Below the pieces are notes generated by a model. The model made no database searches. It had not been told where the DNA came from and saw nothing but the letters and a program-made list of their open reading frames with translations. Shown here one piece after another: positions 35,016 to 48,453 of a stretch of DNA of 64,000 nt. The position numbers and the translations under genes were made by a program. Location of the stretch: contig JAHLWZ010000151.1 of NCBI GenBank assembly GCA_020536535.1, positions 30,965 to 94,964 on the forward strand, given 5' to 3'. The stretch is from Pelomyxa schiedti. Lineage: Eukaryota > Protista > Evosea. Positions within the stretch are counted from its first letter, which is position 1. The number at the start of each line of letters is the position of its first letter.

Positions 35016-37306
35016 ATGTCCACAGAGGACAAATGCCATAGCACACATCCTTCAAATGGTGACGCAACCAAGCCACATGGTGAGGGTGATGTGGAGAGTG
35101 GTAACAAGCACGCCGAGAAAGATGCGGAAGTTGCTGCCGACCAACCCAGCGAAGTCACTGAATGCACTGTGAGTGCAGCACATAGTCCAACAACTTCGGC
35201 TGATGTTGGTGTTGGTGCAGGTGTCAGTGTCAGTGTACCCGTGGGGCCTGGGGCTTGTGCTGTTGGCAAGGCTGTGGAGGAGTTTGGGGTTTCAGAGCCT
35301 GAGGACAAAGTGCCGCGGTTGCGCTTCTTTTGCTCCTTGTCAGAGATAGCGGAGAGATACGGCGTTGGCGTGTACTTGTATTTTGACTTCCTGAGATTTG
35401 TCATGATTCTCAACTTTATTGTTTCAGTGCTCGTTTTGTGCAATTGGGGTATGTGCATACTTCTGGTACGTGTCAATTGGACCTAATCAATTTGTTTTCA
35501 GTTCCCCAGGTTGCCATGTACGATATCGACACAGTGGTACATGAAATTGCATTGCACTCTGAAGACTAAAATACAATTGCAGGCAGATAATTTGGAAGCT
35601 CTTTTTGTGTCTGGATATCCCCCAACATTGCTGATAGTTTGGCAAGTGACGTCTGGCGTTGCTTGCGGAACAGTGGCACTTTTTGGGTTTTTCCAAGCCT
35701 AAATTCTATATCAATGACAAAATGATTAGGTTTCTGTATGTTATTCATGCACGGAACGTACAAAAAAGCAGCCCCGAAGCAGAAAAGCCGCCAGAACAGA
35801 ACTCTCTTTGGGAATACGAACTAATGCCACAAACACCTGGTGATATGGGCTTTATAGAGGTAAGGGCTCATACTCCTCTTTTTAGTCATCGTTCTTATTA
35901 TTTAAATATGCAGCGGAACATGAAAGTCAATAATTGCAGTAAGTTCTGCAGAAGATCTGTGAGTTATGTATTATTTTTCCTATTTACAGGTTATCACTCT
36001 GAAATTGATTGATGCCCATAATAACGGCTGTAGCCTGCTCAACGGTTGCACTGATAGTGATGTGTGTAGCTCAGTTGAGAAATGCCCCCATGACTACTTG
36101 GGTTTACCAACAGTTGCTATCCTATTTTAACGCGGATTTCTCACCTCTCTCAGAACAATTGTTGGTTATGCCATTAGTATAACCCCATGGGTAAGCTGAA
36201 GTGGTCACAAGTATAGATTTTCGTTTACATTTTGAAGGATTATGCCATCAGTATTACCTTGTTTCTTCTCTGCTTTGGTGGAAGAAAAATTTGTTCCATT
36301 CTCACTCATTTTGAGCGGCATAAAAGTAGACTCGCTCATTCCAAAAATAAGACATTTAAAAATTTTACCTACAAGGTATTTTAATCCAAGTCTCACAGAC
36401 TTTCACACATACAGGTCGTACTAGTTTCCTCCGTATATTGGGCTCAGTGGTTGCAACTGAGTGACACTGATGATTTCTGCCCACTACGCACAGCAGGAAT
36501 AAAGGTACGTCGACTAACTGACAGCTATACCAACACCTGATATAGTTTTTATCTATCGGAATAACGGACTTGACTCTTGGTAAAAATCCACGAGCATTTC
36601 ATCACTTAACCAGATTCCAAAAGGGAGTCTTTTATTAATTGCCACACCACTTTTCACGTACTATCTCAATACACGTAAAAAAAGGGCGGGAAAGCCAAGA
36701 GCTGAGGTATGTGCAGCCTTTAACAAAAATCCTGATCCCAGTTTAGATACACTTCGACTTGTCAGCACAGTTTGTTGTCATAAAATAGAAAATATATTTA
36801 AGATTTTTGTAGGTACATGGATGCACTATTTCGGCAGTACATGATGTACCTCGGAATGACAGGCACGTTGCGCCTCAAAAATTTTCACCAATAATACCTC
36901 GCAGTTTTCCCTTGCCTTTGTCTGTTAACATTAGCGACAACTATTATTATGTAGAGTTCCGAGAGAAAAAGGCTGTCAAAATTAACAGGTGCTAGGTACC
37001 AAATGGACAAATTCAGACTTGTCAAACTGTGTACAACAAAAAAGAAGTCCATTGGCTCGATGCGATATTACCTTGCCATTATCATGTTCCTAACAGCGAT
37101 TCTTGGCGTTGTAATGTTTCCGTATGCACCCCTTGAATCTTTCTTCACGCATATCACAATGTCACTCAAAAAAAAAAAAAAACAGGTCAGGAGGAGTGTG
37201 GACATTGTCAGGGTTGCCTGGCGACAGCTACTGCCACTGTACGATCTACAACGACACATGCCCCCCCGAAAACGCGACATCCGAGGTAGAGTCTAACTCC
37301 TGGTAG
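35016..37306 (+). CDS. Transmembrane channel-like (TMC family) protein; multi-exon
   Basis: LSEIAERYGVGVYLYFDFLRFVMILN matches the TMC N-terminal motif (FGxGVxxYFxFLRxxxxLN). Later ALFRQYMMYLGMTVFPCL...MDKFRLVKLC resembles the TMC domain. Confidence 0.75.
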
Positions 37307-37445
37307 CAGTCTGCGTACTCCTTTTTATGAGAGATCTCTGTCTAGGACGGAAGGGAAAACTCCCCTTTCACGAAAGGCCAACCATTCTGTACAGTTGAAC
37401 ATTAAATTATAATCAAGGTTTTTTTGCGTTTGTACGCAAACTGTG

Positions 37446-39544
37446 ATGGCGATGTCGCGCCGACGCGTCGTCCCCGAGGCGCCCAAGTGGTGGCGCCTGT
37501 TCAACGTGGACTCCGCGGCCCAGTGGGAGGACGACGGCGGCGCCGCGGCCTCGTCGGCGACTGGGGGAGGCGCGGGGCTCGCCGCGGCGCTCGACGCGGC
37601 AACGAGGTCGATGTGCCGCGACCTGGCCGACACGGCGTACGCGGCGTCCGACTTCGCGAAGCTGAGGCTGCCGGGGCCGGCGGCCGAGCGCCCCAGGGTC
37701 GTGGCCGCGAGGTCGCGGCGAAAGAGCGGCGGCTCCTCCACCACCGCCGTTCCCATAATCGCCAGCGGCGCCGCGACCGAGCAGGCTCAGGCTCAGCCGC
37801 AGCCGCCGCGGCAAAACCAGCAACTGACGCCGGCCATGGCCAGCCCCAAGTTGGGCGCCAGTGTGGAACCGGGGGCGCAGTTGCTTTCGGATGTCATCGG
37901 TGACGAAACGGATTTCGGACAGGCGTATATGTCTGCTGCAGAGTCCCTGAGGCCAAGGGACCCCTACGTTGCACTGGACTTTTCGGCTTGGTGGCTAAGG
38001 AGGGGAATTGTCACCACTGCGCTGGATTATGCGAAAAGAGCTGTACTTATTATTATTATTCTTTCTTTACTTCCTCTGGCTGAGTTTTTCTGACAGATTC
38101 ACTTTGACTATTGCCTTTTGCAGCCGTACATGACGTTGCATGGTGTGCATCACCCTTTTGTTTCTCCCCTTGTTTCCTTTTTTGGATGGATGTTTGTACT
38201 TTTGTTTTGCCCAGTTTGTACTTCCTTACCTTTGTTATGGGGGTATTCAACAAAAGTTGAATGCCTGCTAGTACACACTGCGTACACAGGCAGACAGTAT
38301 TCCCAACACTCTCCAACACAGACATCTACGCCCTGACTGGAAATTACCACAAAGCCAAGCAAGTTCTACTAACTGCCGAGCAGCTTGCCACAACAACATC
38401 TGCCGATAGAGCGAACCTCAGTAAACTTATCGTTGTTTGTGACAGCAAACTTGCAAGTAGGACTTTCTACCTCATAGGGAAAAACCCATTTATGTGTCTC
38501 AGACTCAACTCAAAATGAGACTGAAAGCAGTTTCTGGTTGTCTATTCCGAATAATACGATTCCCCTCACACAACCTTTACCTGCATTTGCAGTTTGTGGT
38601 GACTGTCACTTTACTTCAGTTGGTAGTTTTCACACTTCTAGAAATTGCCTATTTCCTCGATCCCTTCACCATTTCTGCCTTGCGGCTCGTTTGTAGGGGT
38701 ACCTTCATTTACTCTTATTTAAATACCTCACCCATAAAATAGAATGGAATGGCATTTTCTCTTCCATGGGGTTCAAGGTCCAATATCTCAAAGTCCACCA
38801 GGCAGACCCACACTCAGTTGAAAAGCACTGGAAAGAAGATTACTTATTGTTGACTGCAGCCTATGCCCACTGGAACTGTCTCACAAGATTTCACAAAGGA
38901 ACAGCTCTTTTGAAATTGGATATAGGACTTCCACTCCTTTCTCCTCCGTGTACATATACTGGTATGTTTATAGATAAATTTTTTCTAGAAAGAAATGTCC
39001 TTCCAGAAATTACACAATTTGAGGCCATGTATGGTGTTCATCTTCCCTCTGATCTAAGATACCACATTACACTCCATAATGGCTGCTCAATTGCCACCCC
39101 TCATGCTTCCGTTGTAATATACCCTCTATCTAAGTTCAGCCAGCATATTACCACTAACAAGGTATTTACATCAAGAGGATTTTCTTTCATTTAACAAACA
39201 GCCAGTATCTACTCAGGCGAGGGACCCCTGAAGTGATGTTTAGTAGCACACCTATCCACAAATACGTAATCGGTGAAGCAAATAAAATTCACGGCTCCAA
39301 TTCACAGCCAGTATTGCTTGTAATTAATCTGGATTACTCTGTTGAAGCCTTTGTGGGACAGATAGCGTGTTGCCAGGTAGGCCACGAAAAAATTGTCCCA
39401 CTAACCTCTAATAAGAACTTTGACCCACAAGGAGTACAGCTTGTGCACGGTATATGCGCCGGGTTTTCTGAACTGATAACTAGTTTGGTGTCAATGTTTC
39501 AATCACACTTTGTGGGGAGCTTCACTGAGATCCGCTCTGTGTAA
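37446..39544 (+). CDS. TPR-like + F-box + SMI1/KNR4 (SUKH)-like protein; multi-exon
   Basis: Helical TPR-like exons (DIYALTGNYHKAKQVL), F-box LLEIAYFLDPFTISALRLVCR|EW, and SMI1/KNR4-like EITQFEAMYGVHLPSDLRYHITLHNG. Confidence 0.65.
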
Positions 39545-39863
39545 GCTCAATGAAATAAATAATTAATTACCAAGGAATCATACTGACAACAGCACAGGAA
39601 AAAGCCGAAAAAGAGCAGCAAGAACACCCCTCCCAGAAAGACCTCCCCCCACTTCACAAACTACCAAAGGAGATGTTAATGCCTTCCCCACAAAACACAC
39701 GCCCGCGGGAGTAATTTAGCGATTCAAATTTTTATGGGAGCAGGTTTTTCTCCTACAACGAGGAGCTTCGAACGAAAATTGAGTTTGAGAAACCAAAAAA
39801 AAAACCTCCTTTCGAGCCGCAGCACCCTCGCTTGTCTGTGGGGAAACTGACTCAACCAACGAC

Positions 39864-40647
39864 ATGAGTATCTCTCGATCAGTTGGTCACGTGTGCGCCG
39901 AGGCTTTGGGGGTGTTGCTTTGGTGCCTTGTTTTGGCCTGGTTTCCATTGGCACGGGCTCAAGACAAGATAATGTTGTCTCTATCATACGCAAAACTTGG
40001 TGCATTCCCACGTGGTTCAGATGAACGAATAACTGACTTGTTTTTTTTTGTTTGTTTGGTTGTTTTTTAAGACTGTGTTGGGGAGCCCGTGATGTATGCA
40101 GAATACGGGTTCAACCAAGAGCAGTGTGACTATATGGAATACTCGTGTGCAACTGGGAGACTGGGGGGAAGTTCCCTTGTGCAGTGTGTTGACACCTTAG
40201 ATGTCACTGAGTACTTCACATCACCGTATTTTCCGGCCCTTTTGCTTTATTTTATTTTATTTTATTTTATCTTTTCTTTTCTTTTCTTTTCTATGTATTC
40301 ATCCCTCTGTATGAAAAAGATACTGGGTTACAACCACATATCAGAATACCAACAGCACTTGCAATGACGACTTACTGATCGTCACCATTGATGCTGGGCC
40401 TCTGGACAACAAATGCTTAGACTTGGATGACTTCAGTGCTCACTATAAATGTGAGGACGATTTCCTGCAGCAAACACTTTGTACCGATGGTGAGTGCCAA
40501 GGCACGTGCTATAACAACTACTACCTCCTTGACACATGCGCATTCAATGCTGGTAAATACTCAATCACTGTCTGTGACTCTTCACTACCTGTCACATCAT
40601 TCCTACTGTTTTTCACTGCCTCTCTTGTTGGTTTACTTCTTATCTAG
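39864..40647 (+). CDS. Small cysteine-rich secreted protein with hydrophobic C-terminus (possible GPI anchor)
   Basis: Signal peptide (LGVLLWCLVLAWFPLARA), regularly spaced Cys, terminal SSLPVTSFLLFFTASLVGLLLI*. Confidence 0.65.
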
Positions 40648-40752
40648 TGGCCAACAAACACGAACAACACTGTGGAAGCTAAATACTCTTCAATACAATG
40701 TGTGAAATGTACCATAAAAAAAAAATTGCTGTATTTGTTTTTTCACCATCAA

Positions 40753-42349
40753 TCACTCCCTACTCTTTTTGTGTTGTTGGGGGCTATTGAGCTGTGTAGG
40801 TACTCGTTTTATGGGAAGAGTGGTTTGATGGAGTTTGGATTGTACTGTGCCTTGGCTCTTGGTGTTTCTCCTTGATGCTTTCTGCTTCCTCGACTTACTT
40901 TCCTTGTTGCTTTTGGTCTTAAGAGTCACCTGGTGAACTACCGGCAGGTGCACTTCTGGAGAGGGTGTTGTAGAGCTGTTTGTTGATGAGGTTGTTTGTG
41001 TGTCCACATTGCTGGATGTTGTTGTAGTGGTAGACGTGGCGGTTGAGTCCTCTGCGGCGTCGGTGACAGCTTTGCTGCTTGTGACTGATGAAGGGGTAGA
41101 GTTTGGTTTTGGTACTGAGGTCCCAGCTGAGAAATACGTGGTGATGGCGCCCTTACTTCCCTGTGGTTTCACCAAGGGCTGTATACAGGCTACGGTCTTG
41201 TCAGATGAATTCACTTCAGGGCCGACTTTATGCCAGGTGAGGCCTACTTGGGCTTGTAGCAGTGGAAGTAGTCGCTTATATACATCTTTAACGGGTAATT
41301 CTTCATCTCCATCGCAGTTCAACCATGCATCTATCTGAATGGTTTAGAAAGTATTAGGCGACTGTCGTTGATAGGTTTTGTTTTGTTAATGATTAAGAAC
41401 GCACTGCAGCTTCGTCGGGGAGAATGACTGGAATTCTGTCATGCAACCATTGGAACTCCTCTGGTGCCTCGGTCGTCACAACAACGTATGAACAGTCGCG
41501 AGTATCCTCCTCAGAATCATCTTTATCATCATTTTCCTCGTCGGACTTCTCAGAGTGGTCCTCTTCGTGTTCCTCAAAGGTCTCAGACGGGTCTTGGTTT
41601 TCAGATTCCTCCTTATCAAAGATAGTGCTAACTTTCGTAGTTGTGGCTTTGATCTCTGAAACGTCATCCCATAATCCAGCCATTGCGACTATCTGTGGAA
41701 GGGTTGATCCTGCACGATAATGGCCCAGGGACGAACCTGATTATTTGGCCAATGGATGAAATAGGGCTGCCCCCTGCCACTGTCGTCATGCTTCCACTAC
41801 AATGCAAATGGTACAGTTAGACATACTATACTATGCTTCTTAACAAAGTAATTTCCAACACAAGTACACAAATACAAAACAAAAACAAAAACAAAAAAAC
41901 AAAAAACCAACCTCGAAAAATCCCTCCGAAATGACTACGCAGCGCTTGGTCCTCAGCATGCGCTTCCACATGGACGTGGCCAGAGTCTCGGCCCTAGCGT
42001 TTATCGTACAGCAGCCCCTCAGCGCCGGCGTGGTTTCCCCAATAAACCTGGGCCTGATCCCCCACCTCATCGCCTTCACCATCCGGCGCGGCCCCCCCGA
42101 CGACGACGGCGCAGTGGATGCCGTGGCTGTGGCTGCGGCAGAAGCCGAAGCGCGAGCCGGCGGCGAGACGTCCGCTGCGGCTGTGCCCGTGGTTGTGGCT
42201 GTGGCGGGGCACGAGACTACGACGGGCTGGTAGTCCGTTGGGCGGACGTTGTACGACCGGGTGTAACGACGCGTGCCGACGAAGCCGCGCGAGGCAGTGC
42301 GCGCCACGATGTCCGCGGGAGCGAGTGCGCATACGGTGCGGCCGCACAT
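40753..42349 (-). CDS. HMCES: SRAP-domain abasic-site processing protein (HMCES/YedK-like); multi-exon
   Basis: N-terminal MCGR (catalytic Cys2), SYNVRPT, MRWG, INARAET, RCVVISEGFFE|W, IAGLWD, WLHDRIPVIL. Confidence 0.92.
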
Positions 42350-42712
42350 TGCGAAACCCAAATTACGTTGTCGATGTTTTCCTCTAGCAGATACCAGATG
42401 CCTCTGCTGGCCAGCTCCCAGTGTTCCATCGTTTCAGATTGTAAGTACACACGGAATCGCACTCTCTGCATAAGAGCAGAAAGTGTTCCCCCAGACCGTC
42501 AATAGAACAATTCTGCGTTGAGTTCCATTTTTTTGCCCGTCGAATCGATGTTTGAATCGTTGGCTGGTCGGCTGGGAGGTGGGCGTCTGGCGACGCTATG
42601 CATATGGCCACGCTGTGGGGGATCCTCCCGTACTCTGGTGCCGTCACGGCGCCAAGTGGTTTCCCTTCCAAAGCAAGTCGCGGGGCTGCTTCCTCCCGCC
42701 CCGGCTACGATA

Positions 42713-43962
42713 ATGGATCTCCCGGTCGACGCGTTGGACGAGGTGCTGTGCCTGTTGGACGGCCGGTCTCTGGCCGCGTGCCACGCGGTGTGCAAGGCCT
42801 GGTCCCGCCACCTTAATGGTAATCAAATGCAACTGCAATCAATCTGTGTGGCTACAACCTTAGTTTCGCTTTTTTCCCATTGGTTGTTTTTTCTATGCGC
42901 GTGTAAGTGACTGAATGCTCAAACAAAAAAACCTATCAAGTAATAGGAAGTAATATACTCTACCAGTAATTAAACAAATTCCCACAACAGGCACATAAAC
43001 TCTTGAAAATAACAACACATAGAAAAGGATTGTTTGTGGTCTGCACTTCTGCACCGCGATTTTCCAGGACAGTCGTACGAGGGAGATCTCTTTGGGGAAG
43101 GCAGCTCTCGGCAAACATACTACAGCCTGCAGAATGACGCGGCGGAGCAACGCCGCCGTACGCGCTTAAGGGAAAGGAAGCGCGCCACAGAGAAGGTGAT
43201 GTGGTGGCTGAAAGTTGGAGGTTGTGTGTCAGCCAGTGGGGCTTTATCATATTATGCACCTCCGGCATTCGCTCTTCCTGGTGGAAAGTGGTCTTCAATT
43301 GCTGCCGTTCCCGCAGGTAACATGTTTCTTTCCGGCTTTGATACAATTTACACTCATCATTCCTCTAGTTGTTGCACTTTCTGCACTAAACAGATCAACG
43401 ACGATAAGACGAGCGTCTGTGTGGACATTTTTCTGTTTTGATACCTACCTTATGTCCTGCTCCTGGCAATGCATGCTTGGGCGGAAAGTAACTTAATTCA
43501 CATCTGTACTACTCTAAAACCTTTCCTTGTATAGGGTGTTAATGGGGCATCAATTGGCTTTCTATATCACTGCCTGATGCTGCATGCAGCTACCATGAGG
43601 CATTTTTCCTCTAAAGCAAGAGCACAACTTCTCATTCAAGCAGTTGTTGCTAAACTTGCTATCCCTGTACCTTTCCAGGTGAAATGGTTCCTCTGTATGC
43701 TTTGCATGTGTTAATCAAATTCCAGACCGCTCTGATTACCTCTCAAACAACCCAGAAGTTTTTAGCTCTCCTGAGGCCAAGGCTCTTTTATCCTCTACAA
43801 TCAGCAGCTAAACTGGGCTCCTTGGCGTGCCGCATGTACTCTGTTTTCGTTTTGCTCCGTTCCCTGTACCGTTGGGATTACAAATCCTTTGCCGTAAGCG
43901 TTATTCTAACTCCTATAAACGGCACTCATTCACCTCAGGTTTGGTTTTTCTCTTGGATGTAA
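42713..43962 (+). CDS. F-box protein with hydrophobic C-terminal segments; multi-exon
   Basis: MDLPVDALDEVLCLLDGRSLAACHAVCKAW...LWSALLHRDF. The 3' end is approximate. Confidence 0.7.
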
Positions 43963-44001
43963 AGTACAAACAAGAATGTGAAAATTCTTTAAAAACTACT
44001 C

Positions 44002-45743
44002 TTATACTCTCCTGTCAAAGACAGAAGCAATCATATTTGCACATTTGTCATCCAAGCTGCATTGTGTGCCATCCTGGTTTGAAGTCAACACAGACTTGTC
44101 AGTCCCACACATTTCGACAATAACCAGTGCGGTTGGGAGCCGCGAAGATGACGATGTACTGGAAAGAAGCAGTTGCATTCCCATAAGGTGTTCCACGCAC
44201 CGCAGAAAGGAAGTGAGTGATACCTTTGGTACAACCTCAGTGTAACTCTCACATACTATTGTGTCTGAGGATGGTTGTGTTAGTTGGTGGAAACTGATTG
44301 TTACAAATACATCGAGTGTAGATAGCAGTGACGGGAATTGCGTCACTTCTTTCGGAGAAGGACAGTGCAATTGCTAGTATGAGTTTTTCAGTTGGAGGTA
44401 GGTTTCTTACCTTAAAAAAGGGGTTGAGGTGGTGAAGTTTTTTGGAGGAAGGTATTTTACAATTAATGTGACCGGACTAGCACTGGCTTGATTGGCGTTT
44501 CTCTCTCTTAGTGCTTGTGACAGGTGACGCTCTTCTACGAGTTGCGGTATGTTTGCGTTGCAATGATGGGATGATGAGAGTTGGAGCCGGAGGCGCTCCA
44601 TGTGACGCTGATCTTCCAGAGCAATTGTGATACTATGTGCACAAACGTTCAGCATCTTCCGGGAATCCCCGCCGCACATCGCCTCACGTACTGCAACGTC
44701 GTGTAAGGCCTGAGTAGAGAAGAGGGAGACTGTGAACTCGTTGTGTGCAGTTGAGGCATCAATGTTTATCAATGTAGCACCGGGTGAGCAAGTCGGGATG
44801 ACGGCGAGTGTCGAGGTGCTGGTCGATTGGGATGGAGTTCTTGATTTTAGGGAAAGATGCATCCGGTGCTGTACAATGGCTTGAAGCTCATCAGCAGTGT
44901 ATGAATTAAACAGCATCCGATTCACTCCCATTCTGCTGATAAGCTTGGAGTGAGCTTCGTTTGGCATTTGCGACTTGTTTGATGCCTTGATGTAGAATGT
45001 TTCAGCGAAAAATGTTCATGCATGGCGCAACATTACACAGACTTAATAGCGAACAAAACACAGGTACATTACCGCTATCAGGAAGAAGTGAGTCTTGGAT
45101 GAAGTTGTCATGTCATACAGCTGAATGAAGACAGTGGAGCTGTTTATGAGGCAGTCGATCTCATCTACAAATACAACAATGTAGGGGTGCTCCCCTGTAA
45201 CCTGTTCTTGAACGTGGCCAGAGAAATAAGCTCTGGCAGTAGAGGGAGCTGAAGGGAGATTACATTTCCTGCACAACTGAACCAGTGAGACACGAAGAAG
45301 GGGAATCAGACTGAGAAGAGGAAGAGCATACTTCTACGTACAACTTCTCAGGGGATGTCAGCTTAAATGCATTCAAGTCAATAAAGGTGAATTTCTGTTC
45401 AGGGTGCTCCGCCTTTAATGATGCTATAGCACACCTCACACAACTCGTTTTTCCAGTCCCAGGTATCCCACACAAATACACTGACCCAGCTTTTTTTATT
45501 GTTGTTATTAATTATTTTATTTTTTGGAATATGTTGAGTTGTAAGTAAGGGGGGGAATTTGCACTCACAAGCTTGAGTCCTGATACCATCACAAATAAGT
45601 TCCTTGATTATTTTGAGGTGGGCCTCTCGCCCCTTCATCACTAAGTCGCCAGGATTAGCCGCCGAATCGAAAAGGAGGTTCTTGTGCAGAGGAGACAGCG
45701 CCTGCTGCGTCGCGCGCGCCACAGCAACGAGCTCGTCGATCAT
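44002..45743 (-). CDS. ORC1/CDC6-family AAA+ ATPase with winged-helix tail; multi-exon
   Basis: GRE, YLCGIPGTGKT (Walker A), FIDLNAFKL, VFVDEID (Walker B), ISRMG, FNSYTADELQAI, GDSRKMLNVC. Confidence 0.88.
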
Positions 45744-45975
45744 GGTCGTTGTGTTGGGGGGGCACTCGTTTTCGTGGCAATTTAGACTGGGATCTGATCT
45801 ACAAGACTGTAGGGGGGCTTTTAAATCAATGTCAATGGAAAAGTGAGTGCCCAGGGGAAGAGAACTGGCCCACGGTCGAGGGGAGCTCCTTCTTCTCTCG
45901 CTCTCACCGCCCCGAAGTTCTCTCTCGGAATTGGGGTTAGTTCCAATTTAGTTCTGCGATAAAGACGTAATAATA

Positions 45976-47531
45976 ATGGAAGAGAGGTGGGGATGCGGTT
46001 CAAGGGGGAGTGGCGGTGACAATGTGATAAGACTGTTGCGGAGTTGGTGGGTCGTGACGTGTTTTGCGGTGGTGGCGATCTCCGCCGTAACGAGGGCTGC
46101 TGATGGGGATGTAACAACCACCACCGAAAAGAGCGAGGAAAACCGCGGCAGTGGGTGGTTGTTGGAGGACAAGATGAGTATGGGAGGTGCGCCTTCTGGC
46201 CTATTTCCTTTCGTTTTTGTCTGGGGTTTTTTTTTTTTTCTAGTGTTGAGACATGGCGCCACAGGTTGTATAGGAGAGGTGTATGCGATTCACGGCAGGT
46301 GGTACTCCGATCTTGCTCAGGCACCGCCGTATTCCACCTGTGAAGAGACGGCGATTGCGAGTTCTCTGTGGCACATCTCTGAAACTCCTGTGTACCCAAC
46401 CAATACTGGGTGAGTGTTGTTGTGGCATACATATTTCCTCACTTGGGGACCACTAGGGTATTATCTCTGGGATTTGTTGACATAAATACCTGCACAAGCT
46501 CTCCAGAAACATTTACAGAATTCTGGTGGCATTCGTTTGAGTGTGTTATAGGCGAGCAAGGCACATGTGGACATGAGGGATATTCCTATGTTTTTTATTG
46601 TCCAGGTGACCCTGACGAATGTCACAGTTGCACCGTGCAAGTTAGCATACCAATTATCTTTTTCTTGAAATTTAATATATTTCTCTAAGAGTTAAATAGG
46701 GGACTCTAATTGGACACTGCGTGGAAAACCCCACTAAGGGCCACACACAGTTCATACTTGGCATGCCCTGTGACTACACTTTGACAGGTGAAGAGGAGGA
46801 ATCTCCCTCTTCCGATGGTACTGAGGGAGATGAAGAATTAGTTTGGGAAATGTTTGAGTACTACAGTTCTACAGGTTGATTACCAGACAGTACAACATAA
46901 ACATCTAAAACTATTTAGGGTGTCAAGGCTCTATTTCTTATGCGTACAAGCTTGTTCCTTTTGACCAGTGTTCCGAAAAGGGATGTTCTAATACTGGGGT
47001 AGGCTCACTCAAACTTCATTGCAGAGAGAATTTAGACTTACCTCCAAATGGGTGTGTAGTACCTCTCCTTTCTGGGCCGATCTGATTATTTGACAGTATT
47101 TTCTTTTCTACTTACTCTGAGGAAGACTGCAGTGGGGTCCAAGCCGGATTTTGGAAACCTGAGCGCTGCGAGCTCGGCACTTCGACTCTGTTCTTGTGTG
47201 ATCACAACAGACTAATGATCTCGCAATGCAAAGCTGGCTGCATGGCACCCTGTGAGCTTATTTCAACACCCGTTCCAGTCTACAGTTGTGCTACGAATGG
47301 AAGCATCTCCGCCAAGTTGGAATCTTGTATCCACAATGTACTGGCACTCAATGTTCATTTTACTTCCCCCAACTGACCGTTTCCAAGACGGATTTGGATG
47401 TGGACCCTTCCAGTTCCTCAAACTGGGGATGGACAGTCCTAGTATTTATAGTTGTAGCCGCGATAACAGCATTGATTTGCATTCTGGCATACAAAAACTA
47501 CAACAGGCACCGCTATAAAACCTTGTCGTAA
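45976..47531 (+). CDS. Cysteine-rich type I membrane protein; multi-exon
   Basis: Signal-like WWVVTCFAVVAISAVTRA, Cys-rich exons, TM WGWTVLVFIVVAAITALICILAY, short tail ending YKTLS (Yxx-phi). Confidence 0.7.
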
Positions 47532-47741
47532 TCTGCACACCTCACACACCCCAAACAAAAACCATCACACTGGCACATTACCCGCTCTTTTTAAAAAGGG
47601 ACAATAGCGCAATAGCTTCTTGTACCCAGATTCCAATCAGATCTCTTATCTCGAAACCCAATACTAATTCTCGAAGTTGTGCCCGCACCGTAGGTACCGG
47701 CAAAGGAAATACACGCAGAGAACATGCAGAGGAACGAGAAC

Positions 47742-48453
47742 ATGAGCGACGCGGTTTCGTGGGCGACATTGTGGGACAGAATCACAACGGCGAGGCCGTG
47801 GAGCGAAGCACTTGACGTCACAAAAATGGGCGTGCCTTCTAGCCAATGCGCCAAGTTGGAGCGGAACATGAGGCGATTTTTCGGGAACTACTTACAATTT
47901 GCTTTGCTCTTGATTGCATTCACAATGTTACTTTGATCACCTTTACTTACTTTGTATTTCTTGCTGTAGTAATTTGTTGGGGATGGTTATTTTTTTTTTT
48001 CCCCCCCTCCCATTGTAGGTATGTTCACCCTAAGCTGCTGTTCTCTGTTATGGTGGAAGCTGTGATTGCATACTTTTTGGATAGAATACCGTGTAGACTG
48101 AACGTCAAATTGACATTGGTGGCGCAGAGTTAGTGCTTCTAGTGGTAGAAGCGGTTCTAATTTCTCTGCACAGGCTATTTGATCACATTGCTATCTTTCA
48201 AAGCATTTCTTTTAGCCTTATGGATGGGAATCACAGTTGCATCCTGTGAGTGTGGCTACATCCTCTTTCACCGCTGTTACCTTTTTTTCATCTGAATAAC
48301 AATTACATACTTCCAGGCTGTTTCCTTCATATGACAACCTATTGTGATCAAGCCGATCAAGCTACTCCTCCTGTAGATCATTCGGTACCCAATGTCCAGC
48401 ACGTAGAAACCAAAGCTAGTTCTGAAGACCAAAAGGAGGAACACAAAGAATAG
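47742..48453 (+). CDS. PRA1 (prenylated Rab acceptor) family protein; multi-exon
   Basis: RPWSEALD...P...ERNMRRFFGNYL followed by hydrophobic helices and a late His (CFLH). Confidence 0.8.
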
